From: Mobula hypostoma | Lineage: Eukaryota | Direction: 5' to 3' | Assembly: GCF_963921235.1 (NCBI RefSeq) | Contig: NC_086097.1 | Location: 189,660,001 to 189,724,000, forward strand | DNA: 64,000 bases | Part shown: positions 52,612 through 64,000 of the stretch, piece by piece | How positions within the stretch are numbered: position 1 is the stretch's first letter | Layout: each line of letters begins with the position of its first letter | Program-made: the position numbers and the translations under genes | Notes under the pieces: generated by a model | Databases searched by the model: none | Told to the model about the DNA's origin: nothing | What the model saw: only the letters and a program-made list of their open reading frames with translations

Positions 52612-54437
52612 TGTGTCATTATGTGTATATAATAAAGAACTTCAGTTTCCTGTGTGCAGTTTGGGTGTTTCACCTGGAACTGGAAGCGATGTTGGTAAAT
52701 TAGGACTGCAAGCTAAAGTGTGGACCCAGAAGCCATGACTGGAGTTTCCTGTTAATAAATGTGTTAGCATTTAAACCCATGCAAAGTTTGTCTTTTATGA
52801 AGAACAAATATAATGGTGTCAGAAGTTGGCGTGAGGTGTAAACACAGACAGTAAATGAATACCGTGTGCGAATAAGAAAGAGACGCTGGTTCTGATGGGA
52901 AAATAAGATTGTGCAAGAAGCAAGTGAGGTTGGTGGCCTGCATGGAGGCACAGCACATTATTCCAGAAGTTCACCGAGAGATTCAGGTGAGAGACACTGA
53001 AAATCCCTGAAATGTATAACGTAAGTCCTCCAGGAGTATTGCAGTTTACCAGCAATTTAACAGATAACTGGAAAAACTTCAAACAGTGATTAAATATATA
53101 TTTAGCAGCGAGTAGAGCCAGAGGCATGGAGGAAAAATTGAAACCATCAAATCTTTCTATATATAATTGGTGAAGATGCTTTGGACATTTTTAACAGCTT
53201 TCAAATTGATGAGACAGCCTTGACATTGAACACTCTGATGACAAAATTTGAGGAGCATTTTGTCCTAAGTAAAAACATCACATTTGAGAGATATAAGTTC
53301 TTTTCCTGTGAACCGAAACAAAATGTGTTCACTTTGACCAATACTTTGCTGAGCTTCACACACTGTAAGTCCCGTGAGTTTCGAGATTTGAGAGACTCAC
53401 TAGTCAGACAAAATAGTTTGTGGAATCCCAGATAATGGGCTCTGAGAAAGCTTGCTTCGTGAAAAATATTTCATGCTAGAAAAGGCTGTGAATATTTGTA
53501 GGGCAGCAGAGACCACACAAGTCCAAGCTAAGGAGATGCACAAAACAGAAACAACAGTGCATGTTGTGAAAGTAGAGGGGCAGAGCACAAGGCATTCCCC
53601 CAAAGCAACAGCATAGCAAAGAGGTAGGCTCAAACAGTAAATGCAGCAAATCTGGAGGTAGGCACATTCCCCAAAAACATGTCCTGCAATAATTGTGGGA
53701 AGAATTAGTTTGCCAAGCTGGGGCTGCCCAGAGTAAAGTGCATACTGCTGCTGATGAAATGGTGGAAGTCTTTGTAAATTCTCTACAGGCTACTGATGCT
53801 GGTAATCTAGAATGGATTGTTCCAGTAACTGTGAATGAGAGAATAATTCTTTTCACACTTGACACCTGAAAGAGCAGACAAGGTCAAATTGGCTAAAGTA
53901 AAAGGGAAGGAAAAACAGAAATGGTATCATGACAAGACTGCAAAATGCCAACCAGTCCTGAAGTCTGGAGGTCATGCAAATCTGAGATCACAATTCTGGC
54001 GCATGGTCCCTGCAAGTGTATGTGCATTCTTACCAGATCTGGATGGAGCGAGGAGCACCTCTAGGAAGGAGCCGTGTGGATCTATGACCATAAACTCCAG
54101 CCCATAGCTATGACATGTCACGTATCAGTACACCAAAGGAGCCATCAGATGCAAAGAATAAATTTGTTGATCAGAATTCCCAGAAATTAAACCACTACAG
54201 AGACTGATTGAGAGTTTATGAGAGAATAGAGGACTGTATCTGCTCATTATAATTAAAGTTAATGTAAATATCTTTGTTGGAAAACATTATTGTTTCTTGC
54301 AAGGTTATGAAGGCATATCATTATGTTTCTTTGCTTTAAAGGGGGAAGATACGTTATTATGATTGTGTACATAATAAAGAACTTCAGTTCCCCATGTACA
54401 ATGCAGGTGGTTCACCTGAAACTGGAAGAGACATTGA
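52612..54437 (+). mobile_element. Internally deleted Gypsy-type LTR retrotransposon
   Basis: 5' LTR about 52612-52813; PBS tggtgtcagaagt 52814-52826; gag remnants (NWKNFKQ, NITFERYKFF); protease start (VTVNERIILFTLDT); integrase tail (QKWYHDK); PPT aaagggggaaga 54338-54349; partial 3' LTR from 54350. Confidence 0.88.
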
Positions 54438-54562
54438 ACTGGGAGCACACTCATTGACAGAGAAGTCAATGTTGCAGAACATCACTGGTCACTCCATACA
54501 GAATGCAAACTTTCTACAACCACCCTTTGCCTTCTGTAGACGAGACAATTCTGGATGCAGAA

Positions 54563-55045
54563 GATGGCATGAACATTGACTTCTCTAACTTCCGTTAAAG
54601 CCCCACCTCCCCTTCGTACCCCATCCCTTATTTATTTATTTATCTATCTATCTCCCCCCCCCTTTTATCCTGTCTTTTTTCTCCCTCTGTCCCTCTCACT
54701 ATAACTCCTTACCCATCCTCTGGGTTTCCACCCCCCTTTCTTTCTCCCTAGGCCTCCTGTCCCATGATCCTCTCCCTTCTCCAGCCTCTTATCCCTTTTG
54801 CCAATCAACTTTCCAGCTCTTAGCTCCATCCCTTCCCATTCTGTCTTCTCCTATCAGTTTGGATCTCCCCCTCCCCCTACCACTTTCAAATCTCTTACTA
54901 TCTCTTCTTTCAGTTAGTCCTGACGAAGGGTCTCAGCCCGAAATGTCGACTGCACCTCTTCCTATAGATGCTGCCTGGCCTGCTGCGTTCACCAGCACTT
55001 CTTGTGTATGTTGCTTGAATTTCCAGCATCTGCAGATTTCCTCAA
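54563..55045 (+). mobile_element. Penelope 3' terminal region
   Basis: Starts at DGMNIDFSNFR*; homologous to 24125-24610 and 34125-34590. Confidence 0.9.
54916..54951 (+). ncRNA. Minimal hammerhead motif (core intact, stem III palindrome altered)
   Basis: AGTC-CTGACGA-AGGGTCTCAGCCC-GAAA-TGTC-GACT. Confidence 0.6.
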
Positions 55046-55049
55046 GGTT

Positions 55050-56428
55050 GCAACTGTTGTTCCTTTGTTTTAAGAAAGGGAACAGCGATAACCCAGGAAA
55101 TTATAGACCAGTGAGTCTCACTTCAGTAGTGGGTAAGTTTTTGTAGAAGATCCTGAGAGGCAGGTTTATTGAGCATTTGGAGAGACATATCTGATTAGGG
55201 ATAGTCAGCATGGCCTAGTTAAAGGCAGGTTGTGTCTTACGAGCTTGACTGAATTCTTTGAGGATGTAACAAAATACATTCATGAAGTTAGAGTAGTGGA
55301 TGTGGCGTATATGGATTTCGGTAAGGCATTTGATAAAGTTCCCCATACAAGGCTCATTCAGAAGGTAAGAAAGCATGGGATCCAAGGAGACCTTGCTTTC
55401 TGGATCCAGAATTGCCTTGTCTACAGAAGGCAAAGGGTGATTGTAGAAAGTTTGCATTCTGCATGGAGGTGTTTTGCAGGGATCTGTTTTGGGACCCCTC
55501 CTCTTTGTGATTTTTATAAATGACCTGGATGAGGACTAGAAGGGTGGGTTAATAAGTTTGTTGATGATATAAAAGTTGGTGGTGTTGTGGATAGTCTGAA
55601 GGTTTATCAGAGGTTGCAGCAGGACATCAGTAGGATGCAGAACTGGGCTGAGAAGTGGCAGATAGACTTAAACGCAGATAAGTGTGAAGTGGTTCATTTT
55701 GGTAGGACAAATTTGAAGACAGAATATAATATTAATGTTAAGACCCTTGGCAGTGTGGAGGATCAATCAGCAAGATCTTGGGGGTCCGTGTCCATAGGAC
55801 ACTCAAAGCTGCTGCGCAGATTGACAGTGTTACGAAGGTGTATGGTGTGTTGGTCTTTATCAACCATGGGATTGAGTTCAAGAGCCGTGAGGTAATGTTA
55901 CAGCTATATAAGAGCTTAGTTAGACCCCACTTGGAGTACTGTGTTCAGTTCTGGTCACCTCACTAGGGGAAGGATGTGAAGATGAGTTTTACAAGGATGT
56001 TGCCTGGATTGGAGAGTGTGCCTTATGAGAAAAGGTTAAGTGAACTTTTCTACTTGGAGCGACAGAGGATGAGAGGTCACCTGATAGAGGTGTATAAGAT
56101 GATGAGAGGCATTGATCGTGTGGATAGCCAGAGGCTTTTTCCGCAGGGCTGAAATAGCTAACACGAGGGGTTATAGTTTTAAGGTGCTTGCAGAGGCAAG
56201 TTTTTCACACAGAGAGTGGTGGGTGCATGGAATGCACTGCCAGCGATGGTGGTCAATGCAGATACAATAGGGTACTTTAAGAGACTCTTAGATAGGTATA
56301 TGGAGCTTAGAAAAATAGAGGGCTATGTGGTAGGGAAATTTTTGGCAGTTTCTAGAGCAGGTTACATGGTCGGCACAACATTATGGGTAAGGGACCTATA
56401 ATGTGCTGTAGATTTCTATGTTCTATGT
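55050..56428 (+). mobile_element. CR1 LINE, RT to 3' end, degenerate
   Basis: FKKG...[41 protein letters not shown]; (ttctatg)n tail. Confidence 0.9.
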
Positions 56429-56484
56429 ATGAGGAGCATTTGATAGTTCTGGGCCTATGCTCACTGGAGTTCAGAAGAATGACA

Positions 56485-57066
56485 AAGAAAGCATATGGCA
56501 TGCTTGCCTTTATTGCTCATGCATTGTGTTAAAAATCAGAAATTCTGGTGCAGCTTTATAAGCCTCTAGTTAGGCCACGTCTGGAGTATTGTCTCCCCAT
56601 TATTGGAAGGATGTTGAGGATTTGGAAAGGATGCAGACGAGGTTTACCAGGATACTGCCTGGATTAGAAAGCATGTGCTATTACAAGAGGTTGGACAAAC
56701 TTGGGCTCTTTTCTATGGAGTGATGGAGGTTGTTGGGAGATCGGATAGAGGTTTATAAGACCATGAAAGGCATAGATAGAGTAGGCAGACAGTATCTTTA
56801 CCCCAGCATTGAAACGTCTAGGACCAAAAATGTGAGGGGGAAGTTTTTTTTCCCCCCTTGTTGGATGCCTGGAATGCACTGCCTGGAGTGATGGTAGAGA
56901 CAGATACATTTGGGACTTTTAAGATTATGAGGGAAATGGAAGGATGTGGAGATTGTGTAGGCTGAAGGGATTAGTTTAGTTGGCCACTTAATTTAATTGG
57001 TTCAGCACAACATTGGGGGTGAAAGGGCCTGTTTCTGTGCTGTACTGTTCTCTGTTCCATGTTCTA
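56485..57066 (+). mobile_element. CR1 3' fragment
   Basis: QLYKPLVRPRLEYC remnant; tail of the same type as 150-1218. Confidence 0.8.
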
Positions 57067-57699
57067 GATGGGATATTCTGTTTATGACTAGAAGACGCGT
57101 GCAAATGATATAAAATATGTAGACAGATGAAACTTATGTTATCTAAGCTTTCAACACAGAAAATAACAGCATCACACTTTAAAGAGGAAATGATTCATAT
57201 ACTGTATTTCCATTATTCAGCCCTAATTAGGTTAGTGACATCAGAGCAATACTTAGATTTAGCTTCTTCTTCAAGGATTAAAATAGTAATGAAGGTGAGA
57301 GACAGATTTTACTGGGATACAACTGTGTGTCTGCTTGATTTTCAAATAATCCCATTAATGATTTTGATGTAAAAAGCTATATTTATAATTTTTAATGTTT
57401 ACTGCAACCATGCATCATTAACTGAAAGAAAAAAAATCACCAGCCTATAATAATAAAAAAAAACAAAATCAAATTAACAGTCATGAATTTTGTCCTCCAT
57501 CATCAGTTCAGCCCCCTTCTCATGGAAATAAAAACTGTTGAGATGTATAAGTGACAAACTTATATTTTCTACTCTACTTCTGATACTTAAAGTTAAAATA
57601 CTCATCATCTTTTGGAAGAGATATTGAACTGAAATCCAATGCCCTGTCAGGCAAATGTAAAAGATCAGGTGATGTTTCCCCTTCAGTTCTATGGTATAT

Positions 57700-57840
57700 T
57701 GACTATTCTGTTGTACATATTATTTATTACAAATGACTATAAATTGCACATTGTACATTTGTACATTTAGATGGAGATGCAAAGACTTCTACTCCTCATG
57801 TATATGAAGGATGTAAGTAATAAAGTCAATTCAATTCAAT
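57700..57840 (+). mobile_element. Rex1/Babar-like 3' tail stub
   Basis: Matches 13475-13610; (caatt)n end. Confidence 0.75.
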
Positions 57841-58059
57841 ATCTCACTTCAATTACATTATTGTTAAATTTGTGTGTTTTTCCACTTATTTACCAGTTGA
57901 AAAAAGTGGATAACCATTATAAATCCTCAATTTTAAAGCCTTTACCTCATCAGTTATTTAGTTTTTCAGCTCTGACGGGATCTCTTGTTACCCAAATTCC
58001 CTTTCATAACTTCAACCCCCATATTCGGTAATATATTTTTAAATTTAAGTTGTGTATTT

Positions 58060-58645
58060 TAGAAACATAGAAAACCTACAGCACAATACAGGCCCTTCAG
58101 GCCCACAAAGCTGTGCCAAACATATCCTTACCTTAGAACTACTGTGGCGACCCACTTTCTAGCACACACGAACCGGCGTGCGCCAGCAGAGAGGCCGGCC
58201 CCAAAAAGGGCGCCAGGCCATCTTCACCAGCAGGGGGAAAATCCTGTGCGTGGGAAGGGTCTGGGAATATGCATTCCCCACAGCAGTCCCGCCCAGGGAG
58301 GGCGGGAATGGGAAGGCTTTAAAGGAGGCCGCAAAGTTTGAATAAATTTCTTTTATCGCAACTCCAACTCTCCGACTACGTGTCGTTATTCTAGGGCTGT
58401 GTGTGACACACCACTACACTACCTAGATTTACCCATAGCCCTCTATTTTTCTAAGCTCCATGTATCCATCCAGGAGTCTCTTAAAAGACCCTATCGTTTT
58501 CGCCTCCACCACTATCGCCGGCAGCCCATTCCACATACCGCGTATAAAACTTACCCCTGACATCTCCTCTGTACCTGCTTCCAAGCACCTCAAAACTATG
58601 GCTACCTCTCGTGCTAGCCATTTCAGCCCTGGGAAAAAAGCCTCT
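58060..58645 (-). mobile_element. CR1 3' end interrupted by a solo LTR
   Basis: WNGLPAIVVEAKTIGSFKRLLDGYMELRKIEGYG and tail. Confidence 0.85.
58143..58418 (+). mobile_element. Solo LTR, 276 bp, 4-bp TSD
   Basis: tgtgg...ctaca termini; ctac at 58139-58142 and 58419-58422; tttaaa followed by aataaa at 58342. Confidence 0.85.
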
Positions 58646-59699
58646 GACTTTTTCATTTCAGTTTATGGTGAACTGAAAAGGCTTCATAGTGATCATAGGG
58701 GCGTCTTAACAAATTATAAAATTGAGATTTTGGTCAAATGGAAAGCACTTGCCTCTAAAGTAGTACATTAAAATCTTAACAGATTTTATGCACATTACAA
58801 AAATCTATACAGACAAGATTGTATGTTTGTACTGAAGAATTAGTGTGTATATTCAACAGTCGATAATTATATGAGCATAAAACAGCTCAACACATTTTCG
58901 GGGAACTCAATGTTAAAATATATGTACTACACCGGTCTGGACTCTATGCTCTTTAGGTCCTTCCTTCACACAATTTTCCATGCTGATGGCAATTCGCTGT
59001 GGAAGTTGAGAAAGGATCAGGTGATACAAAAATCATATTGGGATGACAAATTCAACTATTTGCAAGGCCAAGAGCTAAGGTCAGTGGTCAACAGAGTATT
59101 GCTATGCAAGAAAGGTATTTACCTGAAAGACAGTCTCTTTGAGCTGAGGTCCACTCAGGTAATCCCTTCATAGTAATAATGAGTACTCTGTGCACTCTGC
59201 ATGTAAAAGGCACAAATCATACAAGTGGCACCCACTGCACATTCTGGAACATTATTATGCATGTTTGGTCCTCTCTGTGCATTAGAGCATTAGGAGAAGC
59301 AAGAAGCAGAATGGTAGAATTTGTAGTTCTCACTATAAATCCTCTATTTTCCTTTATATCTGTGTTTACATTGAAGTTAAATGGATTGTGGAGATTTGTG
59401 GATAGTATGGCTATGTAGAGCCAAAATGACAGCAGTAAACATCTTGCTGGGTCTCTCCGGCTGAGCTGCTATCGAAGTTGCAAGTGCCCTGACACAAATG
59501 GAAAGATCAGATTACTTACCAATATTGCTTTAGAATATGGTGTCATTGCAGACAGATGTGGGACAAGATAAAGCAAACTGTGTACAAAATAGTGGATATA
59601 TAGTGAGATGCAGAATGAGAAGCTATGGAGACTGCTTTCGTCCAGCAGGTAAAATGTTACTGCTATCTGAGAAGACAGGAATAATTACCTAGAAAAGAG

Positions 59700-61740
59700 C
59701 CAAATGTTGACCACAGTTGCCTAGAGGGTAAAAAAGAGAGAACCTAACATTGTAAATGGGAAAATTCTACAGTTAAGGAGAATAGTAAATCACAAACTTA
59801 TGTATTTGATATATTCCTTCTTAGCTTGCAAGGGTTTGGAGAAGAACTTGCAGGATCTCATCATTGTGACCAGCCGTAGATGAAACAGAAGGCAAGAAGG
59901 CTTGTTTGAATTTCAAGAGGTGGTAGAAATTAAAGGGGAGGAATTTTTGGAACATTATTGCTGGACGTCACCTGAAGCAAGTGCACATTAATGCAGGAGA
60001 CGCAAGTTACAGAGGTGATCACATATGGGAAAGATGTGTTACATTTCATGGGGTATTAGCATTAGTCTGAGATAGGAAAGAACAATATTTTGTTAAATCG
60101 GGTTGATCCTAACAGAAATGGTAAGTAGAATACCTTAAAAGTTCTTGAAAAATAATTAATAATTTTGTAAACTACAAAATAAGGAAGAATATATAAATCA
60201 GACAACATTATAGAAAAGCTGAAATACATTGAATAGAAAAATTTTATGTTAGATTGAAAAGCAAATATTAACATTGCTAAGAGGTATTGAATATTTGGGG
60301 AGAGGTATCAGGATTCTTTTCTGCAACACATTCTTCTAGAACCATCAACATGGCAAGCCATAATAGATTTAGAAATAAAACAGTTTTTACTAACAACATA
60401 TGAAGGTTCTTCTAGAAATCATAATATAGTTAAGTCTAATGCAGTATTCAAAAGGATGAAAAACAGCTTATAGCATTTTAGAATATGGTAAGGTTGACAT
60501 TATGTAACTAGACATAGACAGTGAAAGATGATAAATAGAAAATGAACTATAAAATAAGAACATTAAAAGAGATCTGCAAAGAGATCACCAAATAAAACAT
60601 CTTACTAAAAGAATTACAAATGAATAGTGCCAGCAAAACTAAAGAAAAGGCAGGCACGTTGGATGACTCCTCTGTAAAAGTATTTTGTGTAAAAACAGGG
60701 ATCCCAGTCATTTGAGGAGGCAAATATTGCAGGTGAGACAGAGACCTGACAACATTTAATACAAATACAATTTGATTGTGTGGATAGTCAGAGGCTTTTT
60801 TCCAGGGCTGAAATGGCTAGCATGAGAGGGCACAGTTTTAAGGTGCTTGGAAGTAGGTACAGAGGAGATATGAGGGGTAAGTTTTTTTTATGCAGAGAGT
60901 GTTGAGTGTGTGGAATGGGCTGCCGGTGACGGTGGTGGAGGCGGATATGATAGCATCTTTTAAAAGACTCTTGGACAGGTATATGGAGCTCAGAAAAATC
61001 GAGGGCTATGGCATTTCTCAGGTAAGGAAATGTTCAGCACAGCATTGTGGGCTGAAGGGCCTCTATTGTGCTGTAAGTTTTCTGTGTTTCTACAAGAACT
61101 TAACAGAAATGAAGATTGCCAAATCTCAAGTTTCAGATGGTTTTCTGTCCAGTGTTTTTTGTACGTAAAATACATTGCAATGACCCTAGATATAAGTTTC
61201 CAGAGTTTCTTTGTTTAAAGAATGACTCTGCTAGTTACATACATCACCTACAAAAAAAAAAGTAGGAAAGGAAAAGCAGAAATTCTAGACTTGCAGTCTA
61301 TTATCGCTTGATGGGAAATTTGAGTCTGTAATTAAAAGGAAAGAACATATGATTCTGAAACTAGGGCGTATTCCCTGTGATTTAAAAGATTGAAAGGTGA
61401 TTTGATCAAAGAATGAAGGTTAGTTCATGGAAATGATATGTTAATTGTCACTTACAATTTAGTTAAAGTGAAACTGCTTCTGGATTAAGTAAGGCATAGT
61501 CTTAAAAATTGAAGCCGTTAGAGGATATTATCAATTTAGAGGATGCTAAAAAGCTAAAATTTCTATCAGCAAGCAACAATTGATGCTGCTAATGGTTAAT
61601 TTTACTGCAGAAATTGATATATATTTATTAACCCATGGTTTTAAAGAGATGTGGAGAAATGGGGTTGTGTCACAAATCACCCATGATCTCATTAAATAGC
61701 ACAAGCTCAAGAGCCTAGACCCTACATCTATTCCTATATT
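59700..61740 (+). mobile_element. Very old, heavily decayed CR1
   Basis: FLQHILLEP..AIIDL..NHNIV near 60320-60430; RLKGDLIK near 61390; boundaries uncertain. Confidence 0.5.
60772..61092 (+). mobile_element. Younger CR1 3' end
   Basis: QRVLSVWNGLPVTVVEAD..FKRLLDRYMELRKIEGYG; same subfamily as 8205-8443. Confidence 0.85.
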
Positions 61741-62619
61741 CTTAACAACCTTCATCTCTGAAGCAGACAGGAAAGTTATGAAGTGCCAGAGATGTGAAAT
61801 CGTGAAGAAAAGAATTTGAAAGATTTATTTACTTGGAGGTGTGCAAGTATCCAGGCAGGGTTGTCATTGCACTAGAGCAGCTGTGACATTTGCACGAAAT
61901 GAAAATCTGCCTCCTGGTTACAATGGCAAGTAACCTAGTGACATTACATATAATAAAAAATGGCATCTCTTTATTTTGACTTCTTTTGAAAATAGGTTAT
62001 TCAGTTGAGTGAGATGAGAAATTGTGCAATAAATAATCCAACTGGAATTGTCGACCGTTAGCACAGAGCAAAATTTCAGTGACTATTTAGCAAACCAAAA
62101 AACAAAGGAATAGAATAGTCTTCTAGATTCACATTACGAGCACACTTCTCGGTTGCTAACTGAGAATGTGCTTATCCTTCCCATTAAAATAATCATCCAA
62201 ACAAAGTAAAACATATTGTGATATGGTGAATGGATGATGAGGAAGGGAGAAGTAGTTTCATTTCCTTTAGATTCCCCAACTCTGTACCTCTCAGCTTTAT
62301 CAAATTGGCTACTGTCAGTGCAACTGATCCAAGTGATTACACTGCTCCATTTGACCAAATTGCCTTCCATCAGTGTCATTCACTTTTGCTATTATTCTTA
62401 TTGCTCTCTCCAGAAATAGTTTAATTTAACCGAACCCATTATAATGCAATTTTTGGATGATGTAATGAAAGTATGAAAAAGATTTCTTTGAGTACTTCAT
62501 TTCAGTAAAGATAGCAGCTGTACAAAAAATATCATAGCATGACAATATTACATGATGCTATTTCCCCTTTGTGAATCAGTTATAAAATACTAACAACAAT
62601 TCCTTTCATGTGTAACAAA

Positions 62620-62885
62620 TTTTTGTTTACTGCATTGTTGGAGTGCATTGGGGTTCTGTACCAGACGGCCGAGAGCCAGTCAGAATGCACTCCACGGTAC
62701 ATCTGTAGAAATTTGCAAGAGCCTTTGGTGACAAACGAAATCTCATGAAACTCCTGCTTAAGACTAGTCAGTGGTGTGCCTTCTTTGTGATTGCAGCAGT
62801 ATACTGGGCCCACTATACTGAGAAGAGGACGCCCAAGAACTTGAATTTGCTCTTCCTTTCCAGTGCTGACCTCTCAATGAGGAAT
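62620..62885 (-). mobile_element. Rex1/Babar-like fragment
   Basis: Minus strand ttcaagttcttgggcgtc...tgggcccag...aagaaggcacac...ctacagatgtaccgtggag is homologous to 7555-7750. Confidence 0.7.
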
Positions 62886-63699
62886 TGATGAAGACTCAAA
62901 GGATCAACATTTTTTTTCTTAAATGTTATACTTTTTATTGAAGTAATATTGTAATTGAATGACCTGAGAAACAAAAAAAAGCATAGTAGTATGTACCAGT
63001 CATGGTATTTGAATATTAAGAGTGACTATGTTGTTCACTTCATCATAGCCTGCTCCCAAACTTAGCAGAGCTGCAAATCATGTGGCAAACGGAGTGAAAA
63101 TATTAAGTTGCAGATCTGAGCACATTTTTCTGGTTGGTTACATTTTGTAAATGGACACACAAAGGGCATTTCAAAGATAAAGCCTGTCCCAATTAAAATA
63201 TGTATCAAGCATCCTCTTGTACTTGCTTGTTACTATAGGGATATAAAATTATAATTCATCAGGTCAAATAGCTTGAATGCACTTTTCAACTACTTCTTCC
63301 ACATTGAATTTTGTACAATAAAAGCGGAGAACATTGTTTACTCATTTTAATTATATAGATTAAAGAAAATCAAAAATAAATAAGAGTAGAAAAAGAGACA
63401 AATAAGCATCACACACAAAAATACCTGGTGCATCAAATGTTGCTGAATATTTCTGGAACAGTGAGAATGATTTAGGTTGAAAACCTGAAGTGAACTTTGA
63501 CTTTCTAAGTAATGACTTACTAAATGTTCTGTAAATGTGTCTCCAGCACATCCAGAATGTCAAAGGGTGATATTATTGAACTTGCTGACTGAAGAACTAA
63601 CGTCAGCAGCTCGGAATTATATAATCATTCAATGAAATAAAAAGCCTTAATCTATCAAACAATTTTACATTCCTACATCAGACAAAACATAATGAAAAT

Positions 63700-64000
63700 T
63701 AAACACAAGAAATCCGAGGCAACACACTCACAATACTGGATGAACTCAGTAGGTCAGGCAGTATCCACAGAAATTAACAAGCAGTCGAAGTTTTGGGTCG
63801 AGACCCTTCTTCAGGACTGGTAAGGAAGGGGGAAGGTTCCAGAATAAAAAGGTGGGGGAGGGGGGAAGGGAAGAAGGATAGCTAGAAGGTGATAGCTGAA
63901 GCCGAGCGGATGGGAACGGTAAAGGAATGGAGATGAAGGAATTTGATAGGGGAGGAGACTGGACCACAGGAGAAAGGAAGGAGGAGGGGGAGGTGATTGT
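63700..64000 (-). mobile_element. Penelope terminus running off the window end; hammerhead core mutated
   Basis: Minus strand AGTC-CTGAAGA-AGGGTCTCGACCC-AAAA-CTTC-GACT; homologous to other Penelope termini. Confidence 0.8.

Noticed and set aside
60348..60363. atcaacatggca resembling the RALY INMA codons
   Set aside because: Wrong strand, followed almost at once by a stop, and located within decayed CR1 sequence
63425..63484. 60-nt minus-strand exon candidate
   Set aside because: Has a stop in the required phase-2 frame, a weak donor and no RALY-family similarity

Overview
This is eukaryotic, repeat-dense vertebrate DNA. The repeat repertoire (CR1 LINEs with esterase ORF1, Neptune-type Penelope elements, Rex1/Babar-like LINEs, HE1/V-SINE-like SINEs) suggests a cartilaginous fish, probably a ray; this is inference. 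The only well-supported host coding sequence is a 48-nt minus-strand exon at 4679-4726 (AYDFDYDYYRDDFYSR) from the hnRNP C/RALY/RALYL family, most likely RALYL. The rest of the window therefore looks like intron filled with decayed and nested transposons. Nearly all ORFs in the track are TE fragments or spurious. Main observations: (1) minimal hammerhead ribozyme motifs in the Penelope termini, two oriented sense to the host pre-mRNA; (2) a frame-compatible candidate 51-nt cassette exon at 38777-38827; (3) a three-level DNA transposon nest whose outer element has a 6-bp TSD; (4) a Penelope-derived fold-back hairpin with an 11-13 bp TSD; (5) templated or inverted junction insertions; (6) two solo LTRs and an internally deleted Gypsy element. 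I found no clearly new biological system. Boundaries of decayed repeats are approximate (tens of bp), and family assignments come from recognised motifs, not database searches.
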